DNA from: an uncultured Leptospirales bacterium
Lineage (GTDB): Bacteria > Spirochaetota > UBA4802 > UBA5550
NCBI GenBank assembly: GCA_964423905.1
Contig: CAYRGX010000004.1
Location: forward strand, 49,319 to 113,318
Direction of reading: 5' to 3'
DNA length: 64,000 nt
Part shown: in pieces, positions 1-10,506 of the stretch
How positions within the stretch are numbered: position 1 is the stretch's first letter
Layout of the letters: each line of letters begins with the position of its first letter
Made by a program: the position numbers and the translations under genes
The notes under the pieces: generated by a model
What the model saw: the letters and a program-made list of their open reading frames with translations, nothing else
What the model was told of the DNA's origin: nothing
The model's database searches: none

Positions 1-1056
1 AAAAAGCGATCCGACGTTCCTGATGCGCGGAACGTATTCGAGGGCGTTGTCGGTCATGAGCTCCATGTGCTCCGGTCCGTAGGCGTTCGCGAACTCGATC
101 GCCTCATCCATGCCCGACGTTATAAGGATCAAACCGTTGTTGTCGATCGAGGTTCTCTTGATGGCGTGCCTCCCCCTGCCCGACGCCAGGTCCTTCTCGA
201 TCTCTTTCTGCACCGCAACGGCGAGCTCTTCCGAGGGGGTGATGAGGATGGCGGCCGCCATCTCGTCGTGCTCGGCCTGGGACAGGAGGTCCCACGCGAC
301 CCACCGGGGATTCTGCCCGCCGTCGGCCACGATGAGCACTTCGCTCGGGCCGGCGAGCGAATCGATCTGCACCACACCCAGGCTGAACAGATACGTTTTC
401 GCCGCGGTAACGTATATGTTCCCGGGGCCGACGATGAGGTCGGCCCTCGGCGCGGTCTGCGTGCCGAACCCGGCCGCGGCGATTCCCTGGGCCCCGCCCG
501 CCTTGATGATGTCGTATACTCCGAGCAAGCGACAGACCGCGGCCACCGGCACGGGTACCTTTCCATCCGGTCCCGGCGGCGTGACGAGGGTTATCTGCCC
601 GCACCCGGCGATCTGCGCGGGGATGACCCCCATCAGCACCGACGATGGATAGCAGGCCTTGCCCCCCGGGACATACACCGCAACGCGACCAATCGGCTGG
701 AACGCCACGCCGAGGACCGACCCGTCCTCCCGCTCGTAATGGATATTCGACGGGAACTGGCGGCTGTGGAATTCCTCGATATTGAGACGCGCGGTATCGA
801 ACGCTTCGAGCACCTGATCCGGGACTCCGCGGAAACCCGCCTCGATCTCGTCCCTGGTGGCCATGAGCGCATCCATGCGGACCCGGTCGAACGACTCGTT
901 GTACCCGAGCACTGCCTCGTCGCCCCGTGCCCTGACATCGTTGACGATCGGCGCCACGGTGCGCATCATTATATCGGTGAAATCATCGCCGAAGCGATAG
1001 AGCAGCCCGTCCCGTTCTTTCGCGGTAAGGTCTGCGAGCTTCCGTATCGTTATCAT
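1..1056 (-). CDS. hisD: histidinol dehydrogenase (C-terminus cut by window edge)
   Basis: Hand translation of minus strand gives MITIRKLADLTAKERDGLLYRF... with HisD motifs SLAGPSEVLIVAD, QAEHDE, AYGPEHMEL. Absent from ORF track because it runs off the window start. Start codon (rc ATG) at 1054-1056. The 67..1203 '+' ORF is its antisense shadow. Confidence 0.85.
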   Translation of the reverse strand, partial: MITIRKLADLTAKERDGLLYRFGDDFTDIMMRTVAPIVNDVRARGDEAVLGYNESFDRVRMDALMATRDEIEAGFRGVPDQVLEAFDTARLNIEEFHSRQFPSNIHYEREDGSVLGVAFQPIGRVAVYVPGGKACYPSSVLMGVIPAQIAGCGQITLVTPPGPDGKVPVPVAAVCRLLGVYDIIKAGGAQGIAAAGFGTQTAPRADLIVGPGNIYVTAAKTYLFSLGVVQIDSLAGPSEVLIVADGGQNPRWVAWDLLSQAEHDEMAAAILITPSEELAVAVQKEIEKDLASGRGRHAIKRTSIDNNGLILITSGMDEAIEFANAYGPEHMELMTDNALEYVPRIRNVGSLF

Positions 1057-1173
1057 GCTGTCGCTCCAGGATCGTCGTTCTCGCGCGGTCCCTGCCGTCG
1101 CGGGTATATCCAAAAAATGAAATTCATTCATTTCTCCCGGCGGGACAATTTCAAGAATAAAATGATTTTTCGA

Positions 1174-1201
1174 TTGCATTTTGCCCGTAAAATGATAGCA
1201 T
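1174..1201 (+). promoter_or_regulatory. candidate sigma70-like promoter for the 5'-nucleotidase gene
   Basis: TTGCAT-16 nt-TAGCAT, ~28 nt upstream of ATG 1230. Confidence 0.25.
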
Positions 1202-1229
1202 GAGGGTAACCTTCCCCTGGAGCAACGCA

Positions 1230-3194
1230 ATGAAACCTGTCATGAACTTTATTCTTGTCATTCTGCTTTGTTCAATTCCCGCGGGACTGCGATCCGGGGA
1301 GCGAACGTTCACCATCATACATACCAACGACATGCACTCGCACGTACTGGGGTGCTGCCCCAACAAGGATTTCACGCCGGAGCGCACCGGAGACGATGAC
1401 ACCCTGGGAGGTTTCTCTCGCCTCGCCACGGCCATTCGGATGGCGCGCGCCGCGCGCCAGAACCCGGTCTTCGTGATCGATGCGGGAGACTTTCTCATGG
1501 GCACCCTCTTTCACATGCTGGCGCGCGAGGAGGCGATTGAGCTCCGTCTCATGAAGATGATGGGATATGACATGGTGACGCTCGGGAACCACGAGTTCGA
1601 CCTGAAGCCCGCGGGCCTGGCGCGTATTCTCCGTTCGGCGCACGCGAGGAACGGCCTCCCCGAGGTCGTGGCCTCGAACATAAGCTTCAGCAAAACCGAC
1701 GCGCGCGACGACGATCTGAAAAGGGCCTTCGACGAGGGGCTTGTGCGTCCCTGGCGCGTGGTGGAGAAAAACGGCGTGCGCTTCGGCTTCTTCGGGCTGA
1801 TGGGAAAAGAGGCGGCCGAGGACTCCCCGTTCGCGAAGCCCGTGAAATTCACCGCCCAGGTCGAGGCGGCGCGCGGGATGGTCAGGGAGCTCCGCGGAAG
1901 GCAGAAAGCCGACGTGGTGGTGCTTATCTCTCACTGCGGGGTATGGGAAAAAGAATCCCACTCGGAGGACGTCATCATCGCGAAAAAAGTGCCGGGCATC
2001 GATATCATCATAGGCGGCCACACCCACACGAAGCTCGACCGTCCCATAATCATCGGGAAAACGATCATCGTGCAGGCCGGGGAAATGGCCCGATGGATGG
2101 GAGTGATTGACTTTACGGTGGGAAAAAACGGCGGCGTGAGGCTCGACAGGTACGCCCTCACCGCCATTGACGACACGATCCCCGGCGATCCCGCGATCAC
2201 GGCCGCGATCAGGGATTTCATCGCGCTGATCGACAGGAAGGTGCTCGCGCCGGAGAAAGTTTCGTTCGGCACCGTCATCGCACGCACCGCCTTCAGCATG
2301 AACCGCGCGGACGACGAATCGACGCTCGGCAACCTCATTGCCGACGGGGTGCGCTGGTACCTGAACAAGCACCACTCCGACCCGTCCGACCCCCTCTCTC
2401 GCGTATCGATTGCGATCGAATCGAACGGCCTGATCCGCAACCATGTCGCCAGGGGCAAAACCGGCGACATCATGTTCGCCGATTTCTTCAACGCCTTCCC
2501 GCTCGGCATCGGGATGGACGACGAACAGAGCATGTGCTATCCCCTCATCACGCTCTGGGTGTATCCCCATGAGATCAAGAAAGCCCTGGAAGTCCTCACG
2601 AGCATCTATCCCCTGAAGGGCACGAGCTATTTCCTGCAGGTGTCCGGCCTGAAGATGAAATACAACCCGCGGCGGATGATCTTCGACCGCGTGACCGATA
2701 TATGGATAGGCGATGACGAGAAGGGTTATACCCGCCTGGATTACTCCACCTCGAACAGGAAACTGTACCGCATCGCGGCGAACATCTACAACGCAGCGTT
2801 CCTGAAGCTCGTGGGCGACTTCACCTTCGGGACGCTGACAATCGTGCCAAAAGACCGCAACGGCAAACCCATCGCCGACCTGCTCGCGGCGCGCGTCGAC
2901 GCCGATCCGGGGACCCCCGGCATCCAGGAGGTGAAGGAATGGAAAACGGTGCTCGCCTACATCAGGAGCATGCCCGACACCAACGGCGACGGGGTACCCG
3001 ACATATCCGGGAAATACAGCGTGAAACAGGGGAGGATCGTCAGCCAGGCGAGCATGAACCCGGCATCACTGCTCTCGCGCCCGGCGCCGGTGACGCTGGT
3101 CGCCGCAGGCGCGTGCGCGGGGTGTGCCGCCCTCATCGGATGCATCGTCTTTTTCGTGGTCCGCAGGGTGCGATCAAGAGGGAAGAACGCCTGA
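1230..3194 (+). CDS. 5'-nucleotidase / metallophosphatase family protein (calcineurin-like N-domain plus 5'-nucleotidase C-domain), signal peptide and C-terminal TM anchor
   Basis: Signal peptide MKPVMNFILVILLCSIPAG; metallophosphoesterase motifs IIHTNDMHSH, GNHEFD, GGHTHT; hydrophobic C-terminus. GGAG 8 nt upstream of ATG 1230; ORF-track start 1200 is the alternative. Confidence 0.75.
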   Translation: MKPVMNFILVILLCSIPAGLRSGERTFTIIHTNDMHSHVLGCCPNKDFTPERTGDDDTLGGFSRLATAIRMARAARQNPVFVIDAGDFLMGTLFHMLAREEAIELRLMKMMGYDMVTLGNHEFDLKPAGLARILRSAHARNGLPEVVASNISFSKTDARDDDLKRAFDEGLVRPWRVVEKNGVRFGFFGLMGKEAAEDSPFAKPVKFTAQVEAARGMVRELRGRQKADVVVLISHCGVWEKESHSEDVIIAKKVPGIDIIIGGHTHTKLDRPIIIGKTIIVQAGEMARWMGVIDFTVGKNGGVRLDRYALTAIDDTIPGDPAITAAIRDFIALIDRKVLAPEKVSFGTVIARTAFSMNRADDESTLGNLIADGVRWYLNKHHSDPSDPLSRVSIAIESNGLIRNHVARGKTGDIMFADFFNAFPLGIGMDDEQSMCYPLITLWVYPHEIKKALEVLTSIYPLKGTSYFLQVSGLKMKYNPRRMIFDRVTDIWIGDDEKGYTRLDYSTSNRKLYRIAANIYNAAFLKLVGDFTFGTLTIVPKDRNGKPIADLLAARVDADPGTPGIQEVKEWKTVLAYIRSMPDTNGDGVPDISGKYSVKQGRIVSQASMNPASLLSRPAPVTLVAAGACAGCAALIGCIVFFVVRRVRSRGKNA

Positions 3195-3220
3195 TCCCGG
3201 GGCGGCATGCCCGCGTGCGG

Positions 3221-3883
3221 TCAGTGAGAGTGGGTCATTACCCATTGGACGGCGTTTTTCACGAGATCCGAACCCTTGATGATGCCGAGCTTGTCCTTGA
3301 TCTTCCTGCGATGACTCTCGATGGTGTTAACGCTCAGGTTGAGCTTTTTGGCGATCTCGCCCGTCGAATGCCCCATCCCGATGAGGCGATACACCTCGAA
3401 CTCGCGGTCTGAGAGAATCTCGTGCGGTGCGCCCTGGGAATCGCCCGGAGCGTTGATGATCTTGTCGATGATGCGCCCCGACATGCGGGAGCTCAGGAAG
3501 ACCTCTCCCTTCCTGACGGTCCGTATGGCCTCGATGATTATGGCGGCGGCCTCTTTCTTCGTGACATATCCCTTTGCGCCGGCCCTGAGCGCGCGTTCCG
3601 CGTAGATGTTTTCATCGTGCATCGAAAGAACGAGTGACTGGATATTCCTATAGCGTTCCTTGAGCGCCTTGACGAGGTCGATGCCGCTGGTTTCCGTTTC
3701 GAGGGATATGTCCACGATGATGACGTCGGGCATGCCCTGCGCGATGACCCTCAGCGCTTCCCCCGCATCACCGGCCTCGCCCAGTACGGACATATCCGCC
3801 TCTTTCTCTATCATCTTCCTGAGTCCCTGGCGCACGAGGGGATGGTCGTCTACGATCAATACGCTTGTTTTCGCATCATTCAC
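3221..3883 (-). CDS. two-component response regulator, NarL/FixJ family (REC + LuxR-type HTH)
   Basis: VLIVDDHPLVRQG receiver motif; C-terminal LSDREFEVYRLIGMGHSTGEIAKKLNLSVNTIESHRRKI LuxR HTH. Confidence 0.9.
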   Translation of the reverse strand: MNDAKTSVLIVDDHPLVRQGLRKMIEKEADMSVLGEAGDAGEALRVIAQGMPDVIIVDISLETETSGIDLVKALKERYRNIQSLVLSMHDENIYAERALRAGAKGYVTKKEAAAIIIEAIRTVRKGEVFLSSRMSGRIIDKIINAPGDSQGAPHEILSDREFEVYRLIGMGHSTGEIAKKLNLSVNTIESHRRKIKDKLGIIKGSDLVKNAVQWVMTHSH

Positions 3884-3986
3884 TGTATGGCCCCCCTGGA
3901 GCGAATTATTCAGTTATAACATAATGAACGCACGGCCGCAGGTCAACAAGGGTCCCGCAGAAATGCCGGGAGCACGCCCGTCCGTT

Positions 3987-5756
3987 CTATAGCAGAGTCT
4001 TGTCGATCCTCACCGATACCCTGTATCCCGGGCTCTCGGGCTTCGCCGTAAACGTCCCTCCGATCAAATCCGTCCTGTAGCGCATGATCTTCATTCCGAT
4101 GCCGTCTACCGCCTGTGCCGCGGAGCCGCAGCCGTTGTCGAGCACTTCCAGAAGCACGGTTGAGTCCTCCTCGCTCAGCATGATTTCAATCCGGGTGGCC
4201 CTCCCGTGGCGTATCGAATTGTTCACCGATTCCCTGCAGACGAAATAAAGATTGTTCACGACCGCGGTGTTGTTGATGCGCGGATTACCGTCGATCCGGA
4301 GATGACACGCGATGCCGTAGACGTCCCTGACTTCGGAAGTGAATTCATTCAGTATCTCCGCCAGATCGTGAAAATCCATCACCACGCTCCAGAGTCCGCG
4401 TGAAATCCGCCTGGTCTGCTCGATGGAGTCGGTTACGTTGTCCAGTATCTCTTTCATGTCCGCGGCCTCAGGGTATCCCCTCGAGGTCATGGAATCGAAG
4501 AGTGCCTGGGAGAGAAACGCGATGCCCGTCAGCTTCTGTCCCAGGCCGTCATGGAGGTCCTGCCCGATTCTCGTCCGCTCGAGCTCGCTGATTTCCATGA
4601 TGTCCTGCTGGAGGCGCCTCATCTCGGTGATGTCCCTGCAAAAAACGGCGATCCTCTCGAAGGCACCCTGTTCGTTCTTGATGGGATACATGATGATATC
4701 GTAGCGACGATCGCCCAGTGATCCCTCGAAGCGCACCTCTCTCCTGGTTTCCATGAGACGCTTCATGTCCTTTCTCCTCTGCTCCACCGCCCTCGGATGA
4801 AGAAACATGTAGAAGGGACTGCCCACCGCCGATTCGCGGGGAACGCCGAGTTTCTGCGACATTACGCCGTTCAACGCGAGGATGGTGCCGTGCACGTCAA
4901 TCAGCATCACGGGATCGCTGGGCGTGTCGATAAGGGCCCTGACGAGGTCGGTCCCCTCCCTGATACGCTCGTTCAGGACATAATTCAAGTCAGTATTTCG
5001 AATAACGGTGAATATCTGCTCTTCGCCGCAGTACTGCAGGCATACCATTATTACTTCCGCGTGGAAGGCGGTTCCGTCCATCCTCGAGAAGACCATTTCC
5101 CGGCAGGTGGATTCCCACGCCCGCGCGGCTTTCACCGTATCGCTCGCGGCCCTTTTCACGTCCTTGCCGCCGGGCTGCTCAGCGGCAAGCAGCCTGTACA
5201 GCGGCATGGCTATCAGTTCTTCTTCATCCGCGCAACCGAACATTCGAACGGCTTGCCGGTTGCACTCGGACACGCGGCCCCGGTTCAGAACCATCAGCGC
5301 ATCCCCGCTCGAATTGAAAATCACCCGGTGCTTCTCTTCGCTGTCAAGGAGCCTGTGCTCGGCAGCCTTCTCCTTCGCGACGCTTCTCGCCAGACCCGCG
5401 ACGCGTGTCGGGTTCCCCTTCCCGTCGCGCGCGGAAATGCGTCCCGTAACCGATACCCAGCGCGCGCCCCCGGACGGGTCGGTGAACCGCACGTCGCAGT
5501 CCATGCCATCGCGCTTCCCTGAGAGCAGGGCCCCCCAGGAGGAAGTCCATTTCTCGCGGTCATCGGGGAGCAGGCGGTCATTCAGAAAGGAGATGTCACA
5601 ATCGGTCCCGGCCCCGTCGAGGCCCATGATTTCCGCGCATACCGCGTCCATGGAGATCCTTTCCCCGGGAATATCCATCGTCCAGAATCCCTGGCCCGCG
5701 GCCGCGATCGCGGCCCTGTAGTCCCCGGCGCGGTCAGTGCCTGAATTTCTGCGCAA
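3987..5756 (-). CDS. sensor histidine kinase with PAS domains, HisKA_3 (NarX/DegS-type) and HATPase_c
   Basis: H-box ERTRIGQDLHDGLGQKLTGI; ATPase motifs NNSIRHGRATRIEI, LEVLDNGCG. Start may be internal (MDIPGER, 5678), which would remove the 23-bp overlap with nadE. Confidence 0.85.
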   Translation of the reverse strand: MRRNSGTDRAGDYRAAIAAAGQGFWTMDIPGERISMDAVCAEIMGLDGAGTDCDISFLNDRLLPDDREKWTSSWGALLSGKRDGMDCDVRFTDPSGGARWVSVTGRISARDGKGNPTRVAGLARSVAKEKAAEHRLLDSEEKHRVIFNSSGDALMVLNRGRVSECNRQAVRMFGCADEEELIAMPLYRLLAAEQPGGKDVKRAASDTVKAARAWESTCREMVFSRMDGTAFHAEVIMVCLQYCGEEQIFTVIRNTDLNYVLNERIREGTDLVRALIDTPSDPVMLIDVHGTILALNGVMSQKLGVPRESAVGSPFYMFLHPRAVEQRRKDMKRLMETRREVRFEGSLGDRRYDIIMYPIKNEQGAFERIAVFCRDITEMRRLQQDIMEISELERTRIGQDLHDGLGQKLTGIAFLSQALFDSMTSRGYPEAADMKEILDNVTDSIEQTRRISRGLWSVVMDFHDLAEILNEFTSEVRDVYGIACHLRIDGNPRINNTAVVNNLYFVCRESVNNSIRHGRATRIEIMLSEEDSTVLLEVLDNGCGSAAQAVDGIGMKIMRYRTDLIGGTFTAKPESPGYRVSVRIDKTLL

Positions 5757-7377
5757 TCGGGATCCTCCTCCCCCTTCCGAAGGCCTTCGCGGTCACCTTC
5801 AGGCCCGGCGCCGCCTGAAGCCTCTTGTACTCGTTCAGGTCGATTTTATGAAGGATGTCCCTGACGAGGCCGTCGCCGAACCCGTGCGCCGCTATCTCCG
5901 CCGCGGAGAGCCGCTCCTCGATGTACAGCTCGAGTATCCGGTCGAGGATCTCGTAGGGCGGCAACGTGTCCTGATCCTTCTGGTTCGGCCTGAGCTCGGC
6001 GGACGGGGGTTTTTCGATGGTAGCCTCGGGAATGATTTCGCCGTTCCTGTTGATGTGGCGGGAAAGTTCATAGACCAGGGTTTTGGGCAGGTCGGATATG
6101 ACCGCGAGCCCGCCGGACATGTCTCCATACAGGGTGCAGTAGCCCATCGCGAGCTCGGACTTGTTACCCGTGGAAAGTACCAGGCTCCGGGTCTTGTTGC
6201 TCACGGCCATAAGGATATTTCCGCGGATCCTCGCCTGGATGTTCTCCTCGGTTATGTCCTCCTGGAGTCCCGCGAAGAGCGTTGCCAGGTCGGTGCGATA
6301 ACGGTCGAAGAGCCCGCGGATTGGTACGATATCGCATTTGATGCCAAGCCTATCCGCGAGCGCCAACGAATCGTCGATGCTGCCCCGCGAGGAATACTCG
6401 CTCGGCATCGTCACGCCAGAAACGTGTTCGGGCCCGAGCGCCTGGACCGCGAGCGTGGCGGTGAGGGCCGAATCGATTCCGCCCGAAAGTCCGATCACCA
6501 CGCGCGAAAAACCGCATTTGCACACGTAATCCCTGATGCCGAGCACGAGGGCCTGGCGAATATCCTCGATCCCGTCGTCCGTCCCGGTGACTTCCGCGAG
6601 GCGCTCGTCGTCGATGACGAGAAGATCCTCCTGGAAGCTCTTCGCCTGACCAACGAGCCTCCCTCCCGCGTCGAAGAACATGCTGCGACCGTCGAAGATG
6701 AGGCTGTCATTCCCGCCAACCTGGTTCACGTACGCCACGCCGACCGAATGTTCTGACGAAAGCGTGGAAAGGAGATGCCGTTTGGCATTGATCTTTCCGC
6801 GAACAAAGGGCGAGGCGGATATGTTCACCAGCAGGTCAATGCCCTTCCCGGAAAGAATCGCGGCCGGGTTCACCGTATAGCGCCTCTGTTCCATGTAGCG
6901 TTTTTCGTCGCTGCCGGAAACGGTCCAGATGTCCTCGCACACCGTGATGCCGATCCTCCTTCCCATGAAATCCACCGGTTCGTGGTCGCGACCGTTCGAA
7001 AAGTAGCGCATCTCGTCGAATACATCGTAGGCGGGAAGGAGCGTCTTGAAATGGCGGGAACGCACCGAGCCATCGCTCATGAAGGCCGCCGCGTTGAAGA
7101 GAAGCGGCGGCATGTCGCGATCGAAATCAACGTACCCGCATATCGCGGAGATCCCCCGGCATTCCCCCGCGATGGCATCAAGGGATATGAGATTGTCCTC
7201 GACGAGCTTCTGGTTCTCCAGCAGATCCATGGGGGGATACCCGATGGTCGCCATCTCGGGAAAGACGACGAGATGCGCCCCGGCATCGCGGGCCTTCCGG
7301 ATATACGCGATGATCGCGTCCCTGTTGCCGGGAATGTCAGCCACGGTCGTATTGATCTGCGCAAGGGCTATCTTCAT
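5734..7377 (-). CDS. nadE: glutamine-dependent NAD+ synthetase (nitrilase + NAD synthase domains)
   Basis: MKIALAQINTTVADIPGN nitrilase N-terminus; P-loop-like GLSGGIDSALTATLAV; GAGGAA SD before ATG at 7377. Longer track ORF (7488) has no SD. Confidence 0.9.
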   Translation of the reverse strand: MKIALAQINTTVADIPGNRDAIIAYIRKARDAGAHLVVFPEMATIGYPPMDLLENQKLVEDNLISLDAIAGECRGISAICGYVDFDRDMPPLLFNAAAFMSDGSVRSRHFKTLLPAYDVFDEMRYFSNGRDHEPVDFMGRRIGITVCEDIWTVSGSDEKRYMEQRRYTVNPAAILSGKGIDLLVNISASPFVRGKINAKRHLLSTLSSEHSVGVAYVNQVGGNDSLIFDGRSMFFDAGGRLVGQAKSFQEDLLVIDDERLAEVTGTDDGIEDIRQALVLGIRDYVCKCGFSRVVIGLSGGIDSALTATLAVQALGPEHVSGVTMPSEYSSRGSIDDSLALADRLGIKCDIVPIRGLFDRYRTDLATLFAGLQEDITEENIQARIRGNILMAVSNKTRSLVLSTGNKSELAMGYCTLYGDMSGGLAVISDLPKTLVYELSRHINRNGEIIPEATIEKPPSAELRPNQKDQDTLPPYEILDRILELYIEERLSAAEIAAHGFGDGLVRDILHKIDLNEYKRLQAAPGLKVTAKAFGRGRRIPIAQKFRH

Positions 7378-7596
7378 CGTTTCCTCGAATGGTGACAGTG
7401 ATCCGACTGCGGGCCGGTCGTTTTCCATCGAATCCCATCCCGCAAAATTATCAATCTTTTTAAGCCCCGTCCCCGGACGACGCCGCAATTATTGACTTGA
7501 CAATCCTTAAAATCACCAATATCGCTATTGGACATCGGACACTCGAAAACCGCGTAAGCGGGAATATATCACATTCATGGCACTGCGTGGGGGACT

Positions 7597-10506
7597 ATGG
7601 TATTCTTCATCGTTGTTGCATTTATATTGATTTTCCTGGTATGGTTGAGAATCCGAACCCTATCGCGCCGCGTGGAAGAGCTCACGCGGCGGATCGGTGA
7701 ACTCTCAACCGGGGCGGTTCAGCAACCCCCGGTCCCGGCACCTGCCGCGAAACCTGAAAAGACTCCCTCAATCGAAAAGCCCAGGCCCGCGGCGAAAGAA
7801 ACCAGGACCACCCCGGAAACCGCCCCGCGAACGATCGCACCCGCCATGCAGGCCCAGGCACAGCCGGTCGCTCACACGGCCCCCGCAGAAGTAAAGAAAA
7901 AGGAAAAACCGGAATTCATAAAAAAATTGGAAGTACGTTTCGCCGAGAACTGGACCGGCATACTCGGCGCGATAATCCTCGTGGTGGGCGTGGCTTTTCT
8001 CGGAATATACGCAGCCCTTAAAATGAGGCCCGAGGCCCGGTTTGCCATGATAGTGCTCGTGGCAGCGGGCCTTTTTGCCGTTTCAATCATACTCTCGCGT
8101 AAACCGGTCTGGAAGCCCGCTTCGATGTGGATCAGAAGCAGCGCGGGTGCGGTGTTCCTGTTCGCCTGCGTCGGCGCGGGAGGAATCCCCGGCCTCCGCT
8201 TCATCGAGTCCCCCGCGGCCGCCATCGCCCTTCTCTGCTCGGGAATCGCCGTGAACATCGCCCTCGGGGCCATCGGGGGGACGCAGGCGTTCGCGTCGCT
8301 ACACGCGGTGTTGAGCCTCGCCGCGCTCGCGGTCGCCCCGCCGAGCCAGACCGTGCTCATCATTACCGGGATCACGGTCCTCGCGGGCATACTTCTCGCA
8401 TTCAGGGGACGCTGGGACTGGCACCTTATCATCATCCTCTCCTCGTACACGGTGTTCCATCTCCGGTGGTACTTCGCACTCGCCCCGGCCGATGGAAGCT
8501 TCCCGCCGGACCTCAGGATCACCGGCATCGCGGTAACTGCCCTGACCGAGATCGTCGCGTGCGTGAGCCATTACCGCGCGCTTTACCGCGATAAAGTATT
8601 CGACGCGGTGCCGTTCGTGGCGCACCTGCTCAACTGGATTTACCTCGCGGTGGGCCTGGTTATGTATTCGCAGGGTTCAAAGTGGAACACGATCATCCTC
8701 GGGTGCGCCTCCCTTGTCATTTTCGGACTCGCGATCCGCGCGCGGGTGCTATCCATCAGGTGGCTTTTCATTACCGATACCCTGGTCGCGCAGATGGTGA
8801 TAATGATCGCTGCGTTCACCCTGACCAGGTGGAACGTGGAGCCATTATTCATCGCGACGCTGCTCCTCGCGGAGATCGCGGTGTTCGTCACCATAATGCT
8901 CGGGCAGGACTCGGCGGTGCTCAAGGCCACCGGGGGGCTCCTCACGAACCTCGCCGCCGCGGGGCTTATCATCACGGTGCTGGTGAGCCAGACCCCCGTG
9001 AAGGGGATCGCCAGGGAAATGGCGGCGCTCTCCGTCGCCCTCTCGATACTGGCCGCGCTCTCGTGGTACGCGTCCCGGCGGAACGATTCCGATCTCGTCG
9101 AGGCGTTCCTGTGGGGATGCGGCATCACCTCGGCGCTGACCGCCCTCACCATGCAGGGGATGTCTGCCGATCACACCTGGTCCCCGTGGATGATAGCAGG
9201 CATCACAGTGGCGTTGCTCGTCATGCGGCAGCGTTTCAACATCAACGGCCTCGGGATAGGGCTGATCCTCCTCTTCGCGGGCATGCATGTGATATGCTGG
9301 TATCATCTGTTCGCTTCGAAGGATACGACAGGCTCCTTGCTTCTCTACGCGGTGCCGATTCTCATACCCTCGGTCGCGTCGGTGTGGACATCATATTACA
9401 AGTCGCTCGAAAGGCACGTCATCTGGCCCGCAGCCTGTTTCTTCTTCGCGCACCTGGCCATGGCCGGGTACTTCATCCTCGACCCCGTTTCGCCCTTCCT
9501 GCCGGCCCCCTGGTGGGTAATGCTCGCGCTGGCGGCGCTCGAGTCCGCGTATTTCCTTCGAGACAGGCATGCCGCGGCGATGAACGCGCGGGGATCGTTC
9601 GACATGCACCTCCAGCTGATCGCCTATGCCCTTGTGACCGCATTCATCGTACGCCATATCCTCGTGCACCTTCAATCCGAGCTTATGGTCGGTCCCTTCG
9701 GGGTGCGGCTTCTGGTGGGCCTCTTCGGGCTGGCGGCACTGCTCTACGCCGCCATGACGCCGAAACCACGCGGCGAAGGCGCTCCCAAACTGTGGGAGTA
9801 CGTGCACCCACTCCTCTGGGAGGCATTCCTCGCAATGGCGCTGATAACCTCCGCCATCGAAATACCTTCGCGATTGTATCCGCTTTCCTGGGTCGCGGGC
9901 GCCGCGGTCCTGACCCTCGCGGGAAACCTCTCGAAAGAAAGTATCTCCCGCTTCAGGCTCTACGCGCTTTTCTTCCACTGGGCGGCCGCCGCTCATATCG
10001 CGTTCGTCGCGAGCGCGTCTCCCACGCCGTCGGACAGGCTCATCGACCAGTCGTGGATCGCGGCGGGAGCCGCGCTTGTGCTGCAATTCGGGTTCGTCGC
10101 GTACTACTTCAAAACGACCAGGCTCGACGATATCGTGTATCCCCGACCCCTCGCATTTCTGGGAGCGCTCTCGTCGTTCGCCGCGCGGAAGAAAAACCTC
10201 GCGGTGTTTTATCCTTTTTTCATATCGATGGCGCTGTTCCTCTTCTGGTCCTTCGACCGGGCGCTCCTGACCCTCCTGTGGGTGCTCGAGGCGTTCCTGA
10301 TCTTCACACTGAGCCTCTTCCTTCGCGAAAACCATTTTCGCTTCCTTTCCCTTATCGCGCTCACGGGCTGCCTTGTCAGGCTCGTGGTGCATGATCTCGC
10401 ACAGAGCAGCATCCTCACAAAGGCGGTGCTCTGCGTGGGGATTGGCGGCCTGATGGTGATAATGAATCTTCTCTATACCAGGTACAAAGACAGGTTCAAC
10501 CTATGA
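7597..10506 (+). CDS. large polytopic membrane protein, DUF2339-like (N-terminal TM, coiled coil, Pro-rich linker, >20 TM helices)
   Basis: 969-aa ORF, GGGGGA SD. Architecture read from translation; FAENWTGILGAIILVVGVAFLG-type repeats recalled as DUF2339 signature (not verified). Confidence 0.55.
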   Translation: MVFFIVVAFILIFLVWLRIRTLSRRVEELTRRIGELSTGAVQQPPVPAPAAKPEKTPSIEKPRPAAKETRTTPETAPRTIAPAMQAQAQPVAHTAPAEVKKKEKPEFIKKLEVRFAENWTGILGAIILVVGVAFLGIYAALKMRPEARFAMIVLVAAGLFAVSIILSRKPVWKPASMWIRSSAGAVFLFACVGAGGIPGLRFIESPAAAIALLCSGIAVNIALGAIGGTQAFASLHAVLSLAALAVAPPSQTVLIITGITVLAGILLAFRGRWDWHLIIILSSYTVFHLRWYFALAPADGSFPPDLRITGIAVTALTEIVACVSHYRALYRDKVFDAVPFVAHLLNWIYLAVGLVMYSQGSKWNTIILGCASLVIFGLAIRARVLSIRWLFITDTLVAQMVIMIAAFTLTRWNVEPLFIATLLLAEIAVFVTIMLGQDSAVLKATGGLLTNLAAAGLIITVLVSQTPVKGIAREMAALSVALSILAALSWYASRRNDSDLVEAFLWGCGITSALTALTMQGMSADHTWSPWMIAGITVALLVMRQRFNINGLGIGLILLFAGMHVICWYHLFASKDTTGSLLLYAVPILIPSVASVWTSYYKSLERHVIWPAACFFFAHLAMAGYFILDPVSPFLPAPWWVMLALAALESAYFLRDRHAAAMNARGSFDMHLQLIAYALVTAFIVRHILVHLQSELMVGPFGVRLLVGLFGLAALLYAAMTPKPRGEGAPKLWEYVHPLLWEAFLAMALITSAIEIPSRLYPLSWVAGAAVLTLAGNLSKESISRFRLYALFFHWAAAAHIAFVASASPTPSDRLIDQSWIAAGAALVLQFGFVAYYFKTTRLDDIVYPRPLAFLGALSSFAARKKNLAVFYPFFISMALFLFWSFDRALLTLLWVLEAFLIFTLSLFLRENHFRFLSLIALTGCLVRLVVHDLAQSSILTKAVLCVGIGGLMVIMNLLYTRYKDRFNL

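Noticed and set aside
67-1203. 378-aa plus-strand ORF at the window start
   Set aside because: Arg/Asp/Gly-rich composition typical of an antisense frame in GC-rich DNA. The opposite strand encodes an unmistakable HisD, so this is a shadow ORF.
5737-6756. 339-aa plus-strand ORF opposite nadE
   Set aside because: Overlaps the NAD synthetase frame, which carries clear nitrilase and NAD-synthase P-loop motifs; shadow ORF.
8682-10394. 570-aa plus-strand and 333-aa minus-strand ORFs inside the DUF2339-like gene
   Set aside because: R/G/P-rich nonsense composition; the 7597-10506 frame gives a coherent >20-TM membrane protein.
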